Source of the DNA: an uncultured Nitrososphaeraceae archaeon
Lineage (GTDB): Archaea; Thermoproteota; Nitrososphaeria; Nitrososphaerales; Nitrososphaeraceae
NCBI GenBank assembly: GCA_963729045.1
Contig: CAVSMN010000020.1
Location: forward strand, 64,001 to 128,000
Direction: 5' to 3'
DNA: 64,000 nt
The number at the start of each line of letters is the position of its first letter. Position 1 is the first letter of the stretch. This document shows, piece by piece, positions 21,916 through 34,508 of this stretch. A program made the position numbers and the translations under genes. Under the pieces are notes generated by a model, which saw nothing but the letters and a program-made list of their open reading frames with translations, was not told the DNA's origin and searched no databases.

Positions 21916-22611
21916 TTATCCATATTTAAGGACAATATCTTCTATTATATCAGCTACATCTTGACATTTATCTAATGAAGACTCAAAATTCTCGTATATT
22001 TCTTTTAATTTTATTACTTCAATGGCATCTGTGTTGGTTTCAAATAATTCAGCAATTGCTCTTCTGTACAATTTATCCGCTTGTTGCTCATAATTCTTAA
22101 TATTATTACAATGAGGCAGCAATTCAAAAGCATTCTTCATATTATATAGTGCTTTGGTAACAAAATGTATTTCCTGGGTTGCGCCAAGTAGAATCTTAGA
22201 AAGGTCGATCATAATAGAAGTAGGTCTTTCAATGTTAAACAGCAAAAACCTATCTGCTATCCCATCTGTATAATCCAACACTTCATCTATCGCACTAGCG
22301 AGTCCAGCGATATCCTCCCGATCCAAGGGAGTTACAAACGTTTGAGATAAAGTAGTAAATAAATTATGAGTTATATTATCACCTTCGTGTTCCAAATCCT
22401 TGATTTTCGATATCTTCCCTTTACTAATGTTTTTTTCCTGACTTTCTAGTATGATTTCAACCAAAGATGTTGTTGCATTTACTAAATTAGCAGATTGTTT
22501 TTCCAACATTTCGATTATTACTTTATCATTGCCTTTCAACCATGAGAGCCATTTTTTAGAAACCACGTATGATTCATGAACGTAATTTCTTCTTTTATCT
22601 TTATCGACCAA
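21916..22611 (-). CDS. DUF47 (PhoU-like) phosphate transport regulator
   Basis: LEHEGDNI, TFVTPLDREDI, EQQADKLYR, IKLKEIYE; directly upstream of pit. Confidence 0.9.
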   Translation of the reverse strand: MVDKDKRRNYVHESYVVSKKWLSWLKGNDKVIIEMLEKQSANLVNATTSLVEIILESQEKNISKGKISKIKDLEHEGDNITHNLFTTLSQTFVTPLDREDIAGLASAIDEVLDYTDGIADRFLLFNIERPTSIMIDLSKILLGATQEIHFVTKALYNMKNAFELLPHCNNIKNYEQQADKLYRRAIAELFETNTDAIEVIKLKEIYENFESSLDKCQDVADIIEDIVLKYG

Positions 22612-22756
22612 ATAAATGCATTAATCCTGTTCTATATATTCGAGGTTGCTTGGTTTGGGTTGAAGAATTAATGGGTTCAATTTGAATTTATTATTATCAT
22701 TTGAGACAGTTTACATATAAAAAAAGTGGGTTTGTGATTAATTTGGAGGTAATTAT

Positions 22757-23974
22757 CTAGTTGTTATCACCATCATCGTTACTACCATTGTCTTCATTGC
22801 TATCTGTGTTATCATCGTCATTGCTTCCATCGCCATCGTCAGTATCTTCTCCAGTGTTATCTCCTGAAGAGTCGGAGTTAGATGGGGGACCTTGATCCTT
22901 TTCTGAAGAATCTTCATCTTCCCCCTCACTTTGTTCTTCATTTTCTGCATCCTGGCATTCAGACGAATTTCCTCCAGAAGAGCCGGATTCCTCATTACAA
23001 TTTTCGTCATTATAATATGGATTCCCATTATCATCTGTTTTCTTTTCTCCGCGCTGATTATCATCATTGTCATTATTATTTTGATCATCATTATCAGAAT
23101 CACTTCTAGTATTGCTTGAATCATTGTTACTGTTATCTATACTTGACAATCCAACTCCACTATTTGACGATGAAATATTACTCAAAGCACCAACACTATT
23201 TAAAGACTCTCCAGTTGAAACAAATGATGATTTTGAACTAAAAGGTAAACCCATAGAGCTTTGATCAGATTCAACATTTAGTGAATAGAATGCAGCTTGG
23301 GATTTAGTTTTATTGTCTGTAATGGTGATATCAAATGGAGCCATTTGATTCTGAGACAAATTAGCAACATTTAGTCCAAAACTTTGAGTTCCAACTATAC
23401 CAAGACTTGAATTGTCATAAAATGTTGCAACAAGATTTAAGAATTGTTCTGGGAATTGTCCTTGGTTTATTATATTACCTGTGATATGAGGATTACCAAC
23501 ATTGTCAAAGAAGGCACTGCTGCCGTTGATAATTAGGTTTGCAGGTTTTTCTATTGCAGGTTGAGAACTTGTAGCGAATTCAATAAAGTTAAACTTGCCT
23601 AATATTTGAGGGTCCTGTATCAATATATCAAATGGGGAGGATTCACCATGTCTCAGGGTTCCTATTGATGAGAAAGCAGAATGATTGCCTACTATAGTAT
23701 TGTTTGTTGTATTGGATAAAATTGTTGTAATTACAATATTTGTTTGAGGATCAAATGCAGTGTTATTTACTTCACCTATGACATGAAAATTTCCCATATC
23801 ATCTATGAAAGTCGAAGTACTAAGAATCTGGATGGTGTTAGAATCAAGATTTTGAGCAAATCCCAAATTGGCTCTTAACGAAGGGTCAGATCCGGCAAAA
23901 GTAAAAATGAAAGAGAGTGACGCTATCAAAGTAGTTAGTAGAAATATGCTTGTAGTTTTTTTCGACCTTAACAA
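22757..23974 (-). CDS. Secreted protein with two FxLYD-like Ig domains and an acidic Asp/Asn/Ser-rich tail
   Basis: Duplicated FIDDMGNFHVIGEVNN / FFDNVGNPHITGNIIN, ATFYD, SPFDI / APFDI; low-complexity C-terminus. Confidence 0.8.
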   Translation of the reverse strand: MLRSKKTTSIFLLTTLIASLSFIFTFAGSDPSLRANLGFAQNLDSNTIQILSTSTFIDDMGNFHVIGEVNNTAFDPQTNIVITTILSNTTNNTIVGNHSAFSSIGTLRHGESSPFDILIQDPQILGKFNFIEFATSSQPAIEKPANLIINGSSAFFDNVGNPHITGNIINQGQFPEQFLNLVATFYDNSSLGIVGTQSFGLNVANLSQNQMAPFDITITDNKTKSQAAFYSLNVESDQSSMGLPFSSKSSFVSTGESLNSVGALSNISSSNSGVGLSSIDNSNNDSSNTRSDSDNDDQNNNDNDDNQRGEKKTDDNGNPYYNDENCNEESGSSGGNSSECQDAENEEQSEGEDEDSSEKDQGPPSNSDSSGDNTGEDTDDGDGSNDDDNTDSNEDNGSNDDGDNN

Positions 23975-23979
23975 ATTAA

Positions 23980-24036
23980 TTGTTAATTATTTAACAAAAA
24001 CAATTATTAAAATAATTTGTTAACATGGTTAACAAA
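23980..24036. promoter_or_regulatory. Pair of related inverted repeats upstream of the FxLYD gene
   Basis: TTGTTAA-TTAT-TTAACAA (23980..23997) and TTTGTTAAC-ATG-GTTAACAAA (24016..24036). Confidence 0.4.
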
Positions 24037-24547
24037 AATAATACTACTCGTTAATTTTAGAACAATCATATAGAATAATTGTGATTTATTATTTAATTTG
24101 TTTGCCTTATTTTTGAGATTGATTAATACTATTTACTTTAATTGCGGTCTTAAAATTAAAAATCATTTAATTTATGGGTTCATGAAAAATTGTCTGTTGA
24201 TAAATCACAAGATAGCTAAATGGATTATCACAAATATGCAAATCCTTTTTCCTAATAGTAGATGTTAATAGCAGAATTTAATCTAGTTACTGGTACGCCA
24301 TTTCTTATTCTAATTTGCTCAATTGGCATTGCGTCAAACAACAACCATTAAAAAACATCATAAAATCACCGGAGAAAAGGCATTCAGTGGAACTATACTC
24401 ACCCCAAAAATCTTTTAAAATGATTATCAATGGTCAAGGACCAATTACAGCCATCCTAGGAAATATCGGACTAGTTATACAATCAATTGTTAGATAGGGA
24501 TTGTAAAGACCTGTACTCTTTTTAATATGGTAATACAAACATAATTT

Positions 24548-25045
24548 ATGAAATTTACATCTAAATTGTTTTTACTACCATTTTTATCCGTATTAATGAC
24601 TTCTCTTGTAACATTGACCTGTTTTGGTTCAGAATTAGATTCAAAATTAAGAAATGACACCTCCACTGGGGCCAATTTCAGCAAGACCAATCCCAATCAA
24701 ATCGATCTGGAAAGTAAACGTAGCACTGATAACTCATCATCAGCCTTGGGGACAGCGGAGAATAAAGGAGTAATGATAGTGAAAGTAACCACATTAAATG
24801 GAGAAAATGGAAGGAATGTCTCTTCTGATTTCACAGTGAATATTCATGCCAACGACCCAATCCCTGATACCTTTAAAGGAAATGCTTCTGGAACTACGGT
24901 AAAATTATCAATGGGAATGTACAGTGTTACTATATCATCTATTCCTAACTACAATTCTTCCTTCTCCAGTGACTGTAACGGTGGAATAATGAAAGTAGAG
25001 ACAAAGGATTGCAACATTGTAATGACATATATTAAATCTGATTAA
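24548..25045 (+). CDS. Secreted hypothetical protein with small beta-sandwich domain
   Basis: Signal peptide; DFTVNIH...YSVT...NYNSSFSSDCNGGI...C pattern. Confidence 0.7.
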   Translation: MKFTSKLFLLPFLSVLMTSLVTLTCFGSELDSKLRNDTSTGANFSKTNPNQIDLESKRSTDNSSSALGTAENKGVMIVKVTTLNGENGRNVSSDFTVNIHANDPIPDTFKGNASGTTVKLSMGMYSVTISSIPNYNSSFSSDCNGGIMKVETKDCNIVMTYIKSD

Positions 25046-25434
25046 GTGATGCATTGTTTATACGTATGGATTCTTAAACATCACAGTATCGCTATGATTT
25101 TTAGATACCACTATACAATCTTTATATCTCATCATGACAGTCGACAAACCCATTGAACCAGTTAACTTTGTGTTATAGATTAGATCACGATTATTAAATG
25201 CAGAAAATGATGGATTTAGTGATTCAGGATCTGGATTAGTTTCTCAAGTCAACTTGATTAATTTCAAGATGCATGTTCATGGAGGTCTTTTCAGTAACAG
25301 TCCTTACGGATCAAGTTGTGACAAAACGTTCTCATATTATCCTTTTCTAACATTGGTCGTTTTGAATCAATCTTTAGAATCCAACTGATGATTATGAGAT
25401 TGAATTAAACTATTAATATCCAGAAAAAAACACA

Positions 25435-26095
25435 TCAAATTTTGAACTTGACAAGTCGTTCAATCATCTTATGAGCACTAGTTACTAAAAGTGCCGCTCC
25501 ACTTCCCAATAGAATACCGCCTATTAGATCAGTAGGATAATGAACTCCAAGGTATAAACGGGATAAACAAACTAATCCTGCTTCGATTACAAGAAGAGAG
25601 GATATCAATTTCTGCCTAGGACATTTTCTTAACAATAATAAAGCTGCTAATGCACCAGCTGATACCATACTGGCATGACCAGAAGGATAGGATTCATCTA
25701 CCGGTAATTTATTGACAGAAGTTTCGTAATAAACAAGCGGTCTATCCCTGTCAACCAAATCTTTCACCAAAGTAGTCAAAGGAATAACAAGTATAAATGA
25801 AATCAAGATAATTATGGCAACTATTCTACCATCAATTCCTCCAAATACAAACAACAGGATAGGAACAATAATCCAAAAATACTCTCGACCAAAATCGGAC
25901 AAAATATTCATAAATTCGGTTACGACAGGGGAAAAGAAATAGCTTCGAGCCTGTAACACACCAGTATCAAATTCATAAAAGAAACTGCCCTCAGATGAAT
26001 TATCATGCAATTCAATAACATCATTATAAACTACAAAGTGTAAAGACTATGAAAATTCCAAATACGATAATAGAGGAAACTAAATATTTATTCAT
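25435..26095 (-). CDS. PAP2-family membrane phosphatase, frameshift near 26035
   Basis: KDLVDRDRP, YPSGH, SRLYLGVHYPTD motifs; upstream frame MNKYLVSSIIVFGIFIVFTL (start 26095) supplies the N-terminal helix. Confidence 0.9.
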
Positions 26096-26935
26096 AACAT
26101 CTTACTGATTGATTGAATAGGAATGATATCAATTTTTATCCGCAGTGGTAGAATCATTTGTTAAACATCACCATTCATTTGCTCTATAGTTTCTCTCAAA
26201 TTTAATTGTAAGAGCAAAAGAAGCCTTCAGTTATTATTCGCTTTCACTTCACATTAATGTAAATGAAAATCCATTAAAAAATACTATCCAAGACCCAATT
26301 ATGTGTGAATGAGGAATCCGTATCAAAATCTTTTTTTCCTGAATCCGTAGTAACTCTATGTCAAAACGAATTAGTCAATATTTACAAGAGGAGAGCCCCT
26401 GGATCTAATATTCATGGCTATTCATTTTTACCCCATGGATTTGGTTTTGATGAAGATGCAAATCTAATCAACTAAGGTCATATTATGTAAGATCTATAAT
26501 CAATATGCCAAACATAGTAATTTTTTTTCATTACTTTTGAAATGTCCGGGCTTTTGTATATAATAGGAGATTAATACCCCGTGGCAACAGCCATTAGTTT
26601 CTACAACGGGATTAGATGGTAATTGAAATGCTACTCATTCATTGTATGCTTAGTAATGGTTACCATCTCAGTAACAATAGCCTAAAATTCTCTATGGCTA
26701 TGAAAATCTAGACCAAGTAAAAGAAATACAAAACATTTTTTTGTAATCTGTCCTATTGGATTTACAGACTTTTTCAAGACAAAGTAGCAAAACCCTACAA
26801 AATAATTTATTGATAGTATTTAGACTTAGTTTACATTAAGGCATGATCACAATAAACATTGATAGGAAACATTTTGGGTAGGAAATACGATCCCCTTACG
26901 AAAAAAATTTATGTATTAATTTAATACATTCTCTA

Positions 26936-27683
26936 GTGAGCATATTTTTTTCCATATCAAAATATAATATATCAATCATCCTATCCCTTGTAATAATTTT
27001 GTTAGCCACTTCCGTCGGAATAGCACTTACGATTTTGGATCCCATACAGCAGAAACCGTACATGATAAAGGCGCATGCACAAATGATTTCCGAGCCAGTT
27101 CCCAATCCTACAGCCAGTTTTACTCGGGGCCATGATAACAATAACCTCACTATGAGTGGACAAAATGAGCCAATGTCTAGTATTGGCATCAGGACACTTC
27201 GCAAATAACCAGATGGAAAATGGCATAGTAACTTGGATTCAAGGGGGATTATGGAATTTGGAAATCAAAGATTCTAGCGACAAAAATATGAAAAATTCAA
27301 ACATGAGTGCAACTTTTAATGCTAATTTTACCATGATAAAACCCGATGGAAGCCTTTCCCATAATCATCTGATTAATAATTTTACCTCAAATAACGTTAT
27401 TTTTGCTGGAAATGACATCGTAGTTACAGGGTTATCAAGCATACATTCCGATAATGGAACCCAATACGCACAGGTGCCAATTACTATTCACCTTATGGGC
27501 AAAAAGGTTTTGGGTTTAATGATTGATGTTAACAAAACTGGAGGTCATTTTTCTAGTTCTAAGGAAATGTTTGGTACTCTAATCAGCGGAATAGGATTGG
27601 ATGGTTCTAATACCAACAATACTACTAATCCTAATCCCAGAGTTAATTCTACAAATTTGAATCACTCACACGCCTTGGATTAA
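26936..27683 (+). CDS. Secreted hypothetical protein, W/M/HxH/HF family copy 3, frameshift near 27175
   Basis: Signal-bearing ORF 26936..27208 overlaps ORF 27156..27683 carrying WIQGGLW, MIKPDGSLSHNH, GHF. Confidence 0.7.
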
Positions 27684-27959
27684 GTGACCAGTACTATAAA
27701 CTAAACATAAAATTTTACATCTCTAGTAAAATATCTTGACAGGCATAGGCAACGTACCTTGGTCTACATGTTTAAAACTATCTTTAACATGTCGTATCAA
27801 GTATATGATGCTAATTCAGTTAAAAGTGCCAGAATTTTGTTGCCAACGCAATTATTGAACGGCAATTCGGCATAAATTTTCTAGTAATAGCTATTAGACA
27901 GATAAGTCTATAGTATTTGGAAGTTCGAAGATCGTAAATAAGATAACGGTATTTATAGC

Positions 27960-29130
27960 ATGATTTCGTATAATTATATAAAATTGAAAAATTATAGAAT
28001 AAATGATATTTATTCTTTTAAGCAAAATACTAAATTCTTGATTTCAATATCTTTAATGTTTTCTATTTGTTTTCTTATTTCAGGCTCATTTGGTTCGGCC
28101 GAGGCACATTTCAGCCACTCTGCTCACTATAATAATGGAGATACAGGAATTGGGGATAAGTACATGGTTCTTCAACAAATAGAGCCAGAATATACCAAAC
28201 CAAATGAATTATCGCAGATCCAATTTAGCATTCAAGATAAGCAAGGTAAAGACACGAGCAATTTGGTAGGGATGGTTGAAATTTATTCAACACTTACCAA
28301 TGAACGGTTGTCTGCTTATCCTTGGACAAGGCTAGCAGTAGGCGATTTCCAAGTTCCATACATATTTCCAAAGGTAGGAAATTATCAAATTGTTCTAAGC
28401 ATACTAGATGATAATTCCAATAATTCTACTGATGATATCATCAATACAATTCCTCCTGCACGTACAATATTAGGTGATAATTCAAATTGCAACTGTGAAA
28501 GAGCCGTATTTAATGTCTCTATAACTGAATCGTTTGGCTTCATTTTTACTACAGTGATTTATGGTTCAGCTGTAGGCGTTATCTTGATTGTCGGATTAGT
28601 TTTAAGCTGGATGTTTCTAAGCAGAAGAAAAAGCAAAACAAATCCGATATCGAATGATGAATTTATTAAATATTCAGTCTTGTTTTTAGCACTTGGTGCG
28701 GCCATAGTTCACCTTGCAGTATATTCGGGTCACGCAACGTTAAGGTATGAATATAGCATATTTCTAATATCCGCCGCAGGTGGACAACTTTTCTATGGGA
28801 TTTCATATATCTTGCTAATTTTCTCTGATGATAAACTAACGGTCAAAAAAACTGACAAAAAGTATATTTCAAAAGAGTATTACAAAAAATCTTTAATCTT
28901 AAACTGGATTGGATTAGTAGGGTCTTTGGTTCTAATAGTCTTATACTTGTTACTCAGTCATTTTCCCCCCTCCCCTTTCACCAAATTCAACTCCCGAAGA
29001 TGTCGATCTTGCCGGAATTATGGCCAAGGCATTAGAGATAGTATTAGTAATTGGAATCATTTATTTAATGCGAACAGAAAAGAAGAGATATTTATACAGT
29101 ATTCAGACATACGATGAGAAAAGTACATGA
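27960..29130 (+). CDS. Membrane protein with extracellular His-tipped Ig-like domain and about 5 TM helices, frameshift near 28950
   Basis: Signal ending AEA|HFSHSAHY; YIFPKVGNYQIVL; HLAVYSGH; alternative frame YSVIFPPPLSPNSTPEDVDLAGIMAKALEIVLVIGIIYLM to stop at 29130. Confidence 0.7.
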
Positions 29131-29409
29131 TTTTTTATGTAAAAATACTTGTCGATCCACATATCGAATAGATACTAAAATCGAGTGATATCATCTAAGG
29201 AACGATTTGATTGATACAGGATAAGACTTTACTCAAGAAGGAAGCACTCAGTAGCCCTGGAAATATTTTTTTGTCCTATGATTTATTACGATTTATCGAT
29301 CAATAAAACGCTAAATTCTAAATTCATCTTGCAATTCAGACGAGAAAATAAGTAGAGGAGATATGATTTCTATCATCACAAAGGTTACCCATATTGTAGT
29401 TGTCGAATT

Positions 29410-30051
29410 TTAGTCGTCATCGTCGTTAGTACCATCTGGGTCATCCTCATTGTTTGAGTCTATAAATCTGAAGGAACTCAATATGTGTCCTATTGTTTCT
29501 TGACTTTGCTTTGAATCAAATTCATCCACGGTATTTTGGTAAGTAAGAATATACAAAATATCATCATGTATCAATAGAATTCTTTCCAAACCTTTGTCAG
29601 GAATATTAGTCAATCCCTCCATTGCAGTTAGCACTGACACGGTATCTGAACCATCTATCGCATACCTGTTCTCCTCTATATCTCCTACTACCCTTTCTTC
29701 TGGTGGCAAAATTATTTCCACTACTTCCTTTAATCCTCCTAGTTTCTCTGCCATTACTGCATCGGAATTTGATTGAGATTTCATGATTTTGAATGAATTA
29801 TTACCATTATACACTAGTACATCGGAATATTTTGAAAACCGATTAATTTTCTCCTCAACGTTCCAGTCAGAAGGATATTCAAAACTGATTCCCAACCGAT
29901 CATCAGAGTAGATAGTATAATTCAAATTGTTTTCAGTGGAATTATTTGATGCCAACGAACCATAGACATTACCGTATTCATAATATGTTAGAGTTATTAA
30001 CCCAAAACAGAAAACAACACTAAAAAGTACCAATACTTTAAGACCATACAT
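29410..30051 (-). CDS. PsbP-related (Mog1/PsbP fold) secreted protein
   Basis: YSDDRLGISFEYPSDW, LYILTY, ILSSFRF motifs; N-terminal signal. Confidence 0.75.
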   Translation of the reverse strand: MYGLKVLVLFSVVFCFGLITLTYYEYGNVYGSLASNNSTENNLNYTIYSDDRLGISFEYPSDWNVEEKINRFSKYSDVLVYNGNNSFKIMKSQSNSDAVMAEKLGGLKEVVEIILPPEERVVGDIEENRYAIDGSDTVSVLTAMEGLTNIPDKGLERILLIHDDILYILTYQNTVDEFDSKQSQETIGHILSSFRFIDSNNEDDPDGTNDDDD

Positions 30052-30479
30052 CTCATAAATACTATAGACATTAATTTAAAAATGATAACGCAAGATTGTT
30101 CATAACATTTTTCTATACAGAAAATACAGTAGCTCCGTCAATGGATCTCACTTTTCATATCAACAATTTAGTCTAACCACCTGATCGGGATTTTGCAATT
30201 ACCATATTCTACATACAAGGATTTTTTACCAATTAATTTTAGACTATTTTTATGGTGAGATGGGCTTTAAGACTTCAAATCGACCGTCATAGTATTATTT
30301 ATTTGTCACTGAAACTTCAACAAAGCTTTACCTTTTCTTCTATTCTAACCATTCATATATTACTTACAAAGTGATTATCAATCAATTCGAAAAATAGATA
30401 AGAATAGTTCAAACTATTTGAAAGAGGCAAAATTAAATCTATATCAAAGGTTAGCCCCATATCACGATGAAGCGATAAA

Positions 30480-30995
30480 ATGGACATTGTTGCGTCATTT
30501 TCAGAATATTTGAATACCGCATTGAGTTTTGAACCTGCATTAGTATTATCCATAATCATGAGGACTTTGATTGTATCTGGAATTCTTCTTTTTGTGATAA
30601 AATGGATTGGAAGTAAAGGAGTCAGTCAATTAACCATTTATCAATTAATCATAATATTGAGTCTTGGAAACATAGTGGCAGAACCTATGATCAATAGTGA
30701 CACACCTATACTATCTATGGTTACTGTCGTCGTCATCATCATCGTAGTATTCAAGCTGTTAGATTATGTAAGTGCCAAAAACAAAAGGATGGAGAAAATA
30801 ATAAATCCAGAAGTCATAGAATTGGTCAAGGATGGGCAGATGGATAAGGAGGGAATGATAAAAGCTAGAATAGGCATAAAAGAATATCAATCATTCATGC
30901 GATTGGCGGGAATAAGAGACATAAATGAGATAGAAATATCAAATTTAGAGATAAATGGTCAAATAAGTTTCATTAAAAAAGAACGACATGGTTGA
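30480..30995 (+). CDS. DUF421 (YetF-like) membrane protein
   Basis: GSKGVSQLTIYQLIIILSLGNIVAEP, LVKDG, RLAGI, LEINGQISF. Confidence 0.85.
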   Translation: MDIVASFSEYLNTALSFEPALVLSIIMRTLIVSGILLFVIKWIGSKGVSQLTIYQLIIILSLGNIVAEPMINSDTPILSMVTVVVIIIVVFKLLDYVSAKNKRMEKIINPEVIELVKDGQMDKEGMIKARIGIKEYQSFMRLAGIRDINEIEISNLEINGQISFIKKERHG

Positions 30996-33478
30996 CGCAC
31001 AACCAAGGTCATATCTGATAGATTGATAACTAGATCTTTTCATTATAATGACAACACAGCAAGATCATTTGAATAAAGTATGAATGTATTATTATAATAT
31101 GATATCAATAATTTCAGAAAGAACTTGTTTGATATGATTCATTTTGGGATATACCCTTTGACCCTGACCCCATCTTCATGCTAATACCATGACAGCATTT
31201 TTTAACACTTAACTTAAGAAAAATAGGGAAAGAAAGGTCATGTAAATTGTTGGCACTTACATAAAAGACACCTATGATCGTAAAATTTTGGACCATTAGG
31301 TTCATCCCTGTGTTCTTTCTTTGAATGTGTACAATTTTTACATATTAATAATTGAAAACTAGCATCATTCATTACTTATTATTCGCCCTACAAATATATT
31401 AATGGTTGGAAAATTACTAGACAATAGTAATTTCTGGCTATAGATAAAGACCTCTAGATCCACTAGAATTTGAAAAAGTCCTCTCAAAATGCGTTGCTGT
31501 TTTACCCCATAAAGGTGACAAGTTATGATTCAAACGTATGTCAAGAATATAGACAATTATGTAGACTATATCGTAAAATCCAGTCTACGAGATCAGGATA
31601 GGAAATTCAGTGTATATCGATCGACACGCAATAATTGATTGATTTTTGGATGTGCTGGACTCTGGATTGATAGTAATTCCATCGAGAGACTTCATTTACA
31701 AACCACGTTTGCTTCCTGCACAAGATAAAAAAAGTGAACTCTAGTAAAAATATCATCAGCCTGTTGAATTATAGGCCAATCAACCCAAAAATACATTGAC
31801 TTCTGAAAATACCTCAAATTCCAAAAAAGATAAGATCAACATTTGAATTTGAATTTGATGAAAAATTCTATCGCCAAGTGATTGCAGAAGGCCTTCCCGT
31901 TAGATTGCCTTTCAAAATAACGAATTTCCCATGGAAACTAGAACCTAATATAATCTTATATAAGATGAATCCGAATAGTAATTGATGTCATATAGCAAGA
32001 ATGATGATGAAGCAACAATTGCAAACGTGCCAAAGCGTACTAAAGGTAATAATCACATGTATTTCCAAAATGAAAATTTCCAAAATGAAAATACTCAAAA
32101 GAAGAATAATACTGATTGAAATTAAACAAAGATAAGACGGTACCTTTCTTACCTCATGAATAAAAAGAAGCATGAGAACATAACAATAGTGTTTTAGATC
32201 CATAAAGAAGGATAAAGGATCTTTTATGTCAAATCATCTAAGAACACAAATCAATATTTTACCAAATGAAATAAAGTCATGATCGAAAATAAACGATTGA
32301 TGATATAAGTACCGATAACTAAGAATTTTCAATAATCTGGTAGAATAATTTGTAATAAGCAAGGGCAATAAAAGATCAATGCGGATAGAAAACTTACATT
32401 ATTGTAACTGGATCATATTATGCTCCTTTCTGAGAGGTAGTTGCGAATTCATTTACAAGTGCAATAAGTAGCGTATTATACAGGTCAGAGCCAGGTGATA
32501 TTTCACTCTAAAGAATGAAATTTTACTTTATGTAGGTACAATCATGCTATGATTAGTCAAAAAAACCCCAATTTACTATTCCAAAGTAAAATTTGATTTG
32601 TTATCAATGTTTTATACGTTCTTATATGATGAAATGTATATATAAATATGAGAAAACTTATTGAGGTCATTAATAGGAGAAATCAGCTTAATAACCCTAA
32701 GAATGGAAACACGAGAATAAGAAACAATACTGAAGGGGTTAGATTCATTGAAACATTTCATAACGGCAGTTGGAGATATTCACGTACATATTAGATAACT
32801 AAATTTAAACTAAAAATAAGATCTCTTGTCAATGGATTTGCTTACTATTGTCGCAAATCCATTCCCGCTAAAAAACCTTTAATAGTTCATCCAAATCCGT
32901 GACACATTATTCGTTTATTTCAAAGGCGTTAAATGCAAAGTCAATTCATTACTCTGATTAGTAATCATAAATACACACAATGGCAACTGAGCGGTCTAGT
33001 CCATCTGTATGAAAATAATAAGTAGAATTATCAAAAGATTGTATAGAAGATCTGTTTTTGTTGAAATGCATGATTACCAGAATGAATAAATCATCTAAAT
33101 CATAACAAGAAAAAATATCCTTAATCGGTGAATACACTATGTATAGATATCATAAAGTTTTTGTGCCCCAACAACTTTTGGAGACACCAGGTATTCTGCC
33201 ATGAGGACATAAATTACGATTTTATCTTTTAAATCAACTAAATAGATATTTTTACCTTCAAAAAGTACAAAAGTATAATTTTTAAGGAGTATGAAAAACG
33301 ACATTTAAATCTAAATTAAAGTAAATATACACAAATATTTGGAAGTTTATGCTTGAATAGTAACCGATCTTGTCAGATTATCGATTATCATTTTGATTTT
33401 GACTATCGATTTTCCAGAATTATGTAAGGATAATAACAAGTTCAACGTATTGAGAACGTCGAGGATGAAGGAATAAAG

Positions 33479-33652
33479 ATGCCAATGCTTATGTTAAAAT
33501 GTAAAACTTGTGGTATTATTTTTAGTGGAGTATATACAGACAACATGAATGAATTTAGAAATGAGTCTGAGAAGAATCCAAATTCAACATTCAAATGTTC
33601 AAAAGGGCATTTAAATAATTATGTGCTTGAGGATTATGTGGACCTGTCATAA
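33479..33652 (+). CDS. 57-aa zinc-ribbon microprotein (not in ORF track)
   Basis: MPMLMLKCKTCGIIFSGVYTDNMNEFRNESEKNPNSTFKCSKGHLNNYVLEDYVDLS: CxxCG...CxxGH. Confidence 0.65.
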   Translation: MPMLMLKCKTCGIIFSGVYTDNMNEFRNESEKNPNSTFKCSKGHLNNYVLEDYVDLS

Positions 33653-34139
33653 ATTCAGAATATTTAACTGATCTATCTTAATGATGTTTTTTTTGTCTCG
33701 GACCAAAATATCAAATAACAATGAAAGATGACCAGTAATAAAACATGGTATTAACAATCTTAAACTAACAATAATTATAGTTACACTAGTTCCAATTTGT
33801 ACGATGAACCTCATTTTTTATTCCATTTAAAGATGATACACATGTCTGTTAAGGCCGCAAAACTCTGAAGTCAAAAACAAGTTCCAATATCTCTCCAGCA
33901 GGATATGACATTCAACAACAGTATTCGATCGTCTAGCAATTGTGAAATCATTTTCATAAATTATTATAGGTAAAATTGACTTTGCAAATTCCATTTCAGC
34001 TATTTGCTTTATTTCTCGAAATACTACTAATTAATCCAAAACATCTTTTTTCAGAACATGTACCTGATGGTAGAAATATTATGAAGAAACAGTATTGATG
34101 TTTCCTAGTGTCAATAAATACATATATACTTTTTAGGTC

Positions 34140-34508
34140 TTAACCACTGGATTTTGCTTTATATTTTTTATTATTTAATGCCAGCTCATTCACTAATTCA
34201 TCTATTTGCGCATCAGTATGAGAGACATCGAGTCCTCTTTGTTTGATTTCATTGATTACATCTCCAATAACAATATTGTCTATTTGGATATATCGTTCTA
34301 AGATCCTTAAAACCAAGAATGTAGGATGAGGAGCATTCTTAAACAATGGAGAAAATTTACTATAATGATAGTGAAGTGCATCTATTTCAGCGATAGATAG
34401 ATTATCACATTGTGATGCATCAGATACCTTTTTCTTAGCTTTTTTTAATATTTCTATTTTAGCTGATGGTTTATCTTGTTTATCTTGTTTAACTTGTTTA
34501 TTCGGCAT
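34140..34508 (-). CDS. Hypothetical protein
   Basis: 122-aa ATG-started ORF with normal composition; TATA-like element upstream. Confidence 0.6.
   Translation of the reverse strand: MPNKQVKQDKQDKPSAKIEILKKAKKKVSDASQCDNLSIAEIDALHYHYSKFSPLFKNAPHPTFLVLRILERYIQIDNIVIGDVINEIKQRGLDVSHTDAQIDELVNELALNNKKYKAKSSG

Noticed and set aside
22753..23124. Met/Ile-rich and His-rich short ORFs (22753, 22882, 22931)
   Set aside because: Alternative-frame and antisense shadows of the Asp/Asn-rich tail of 22757..23974
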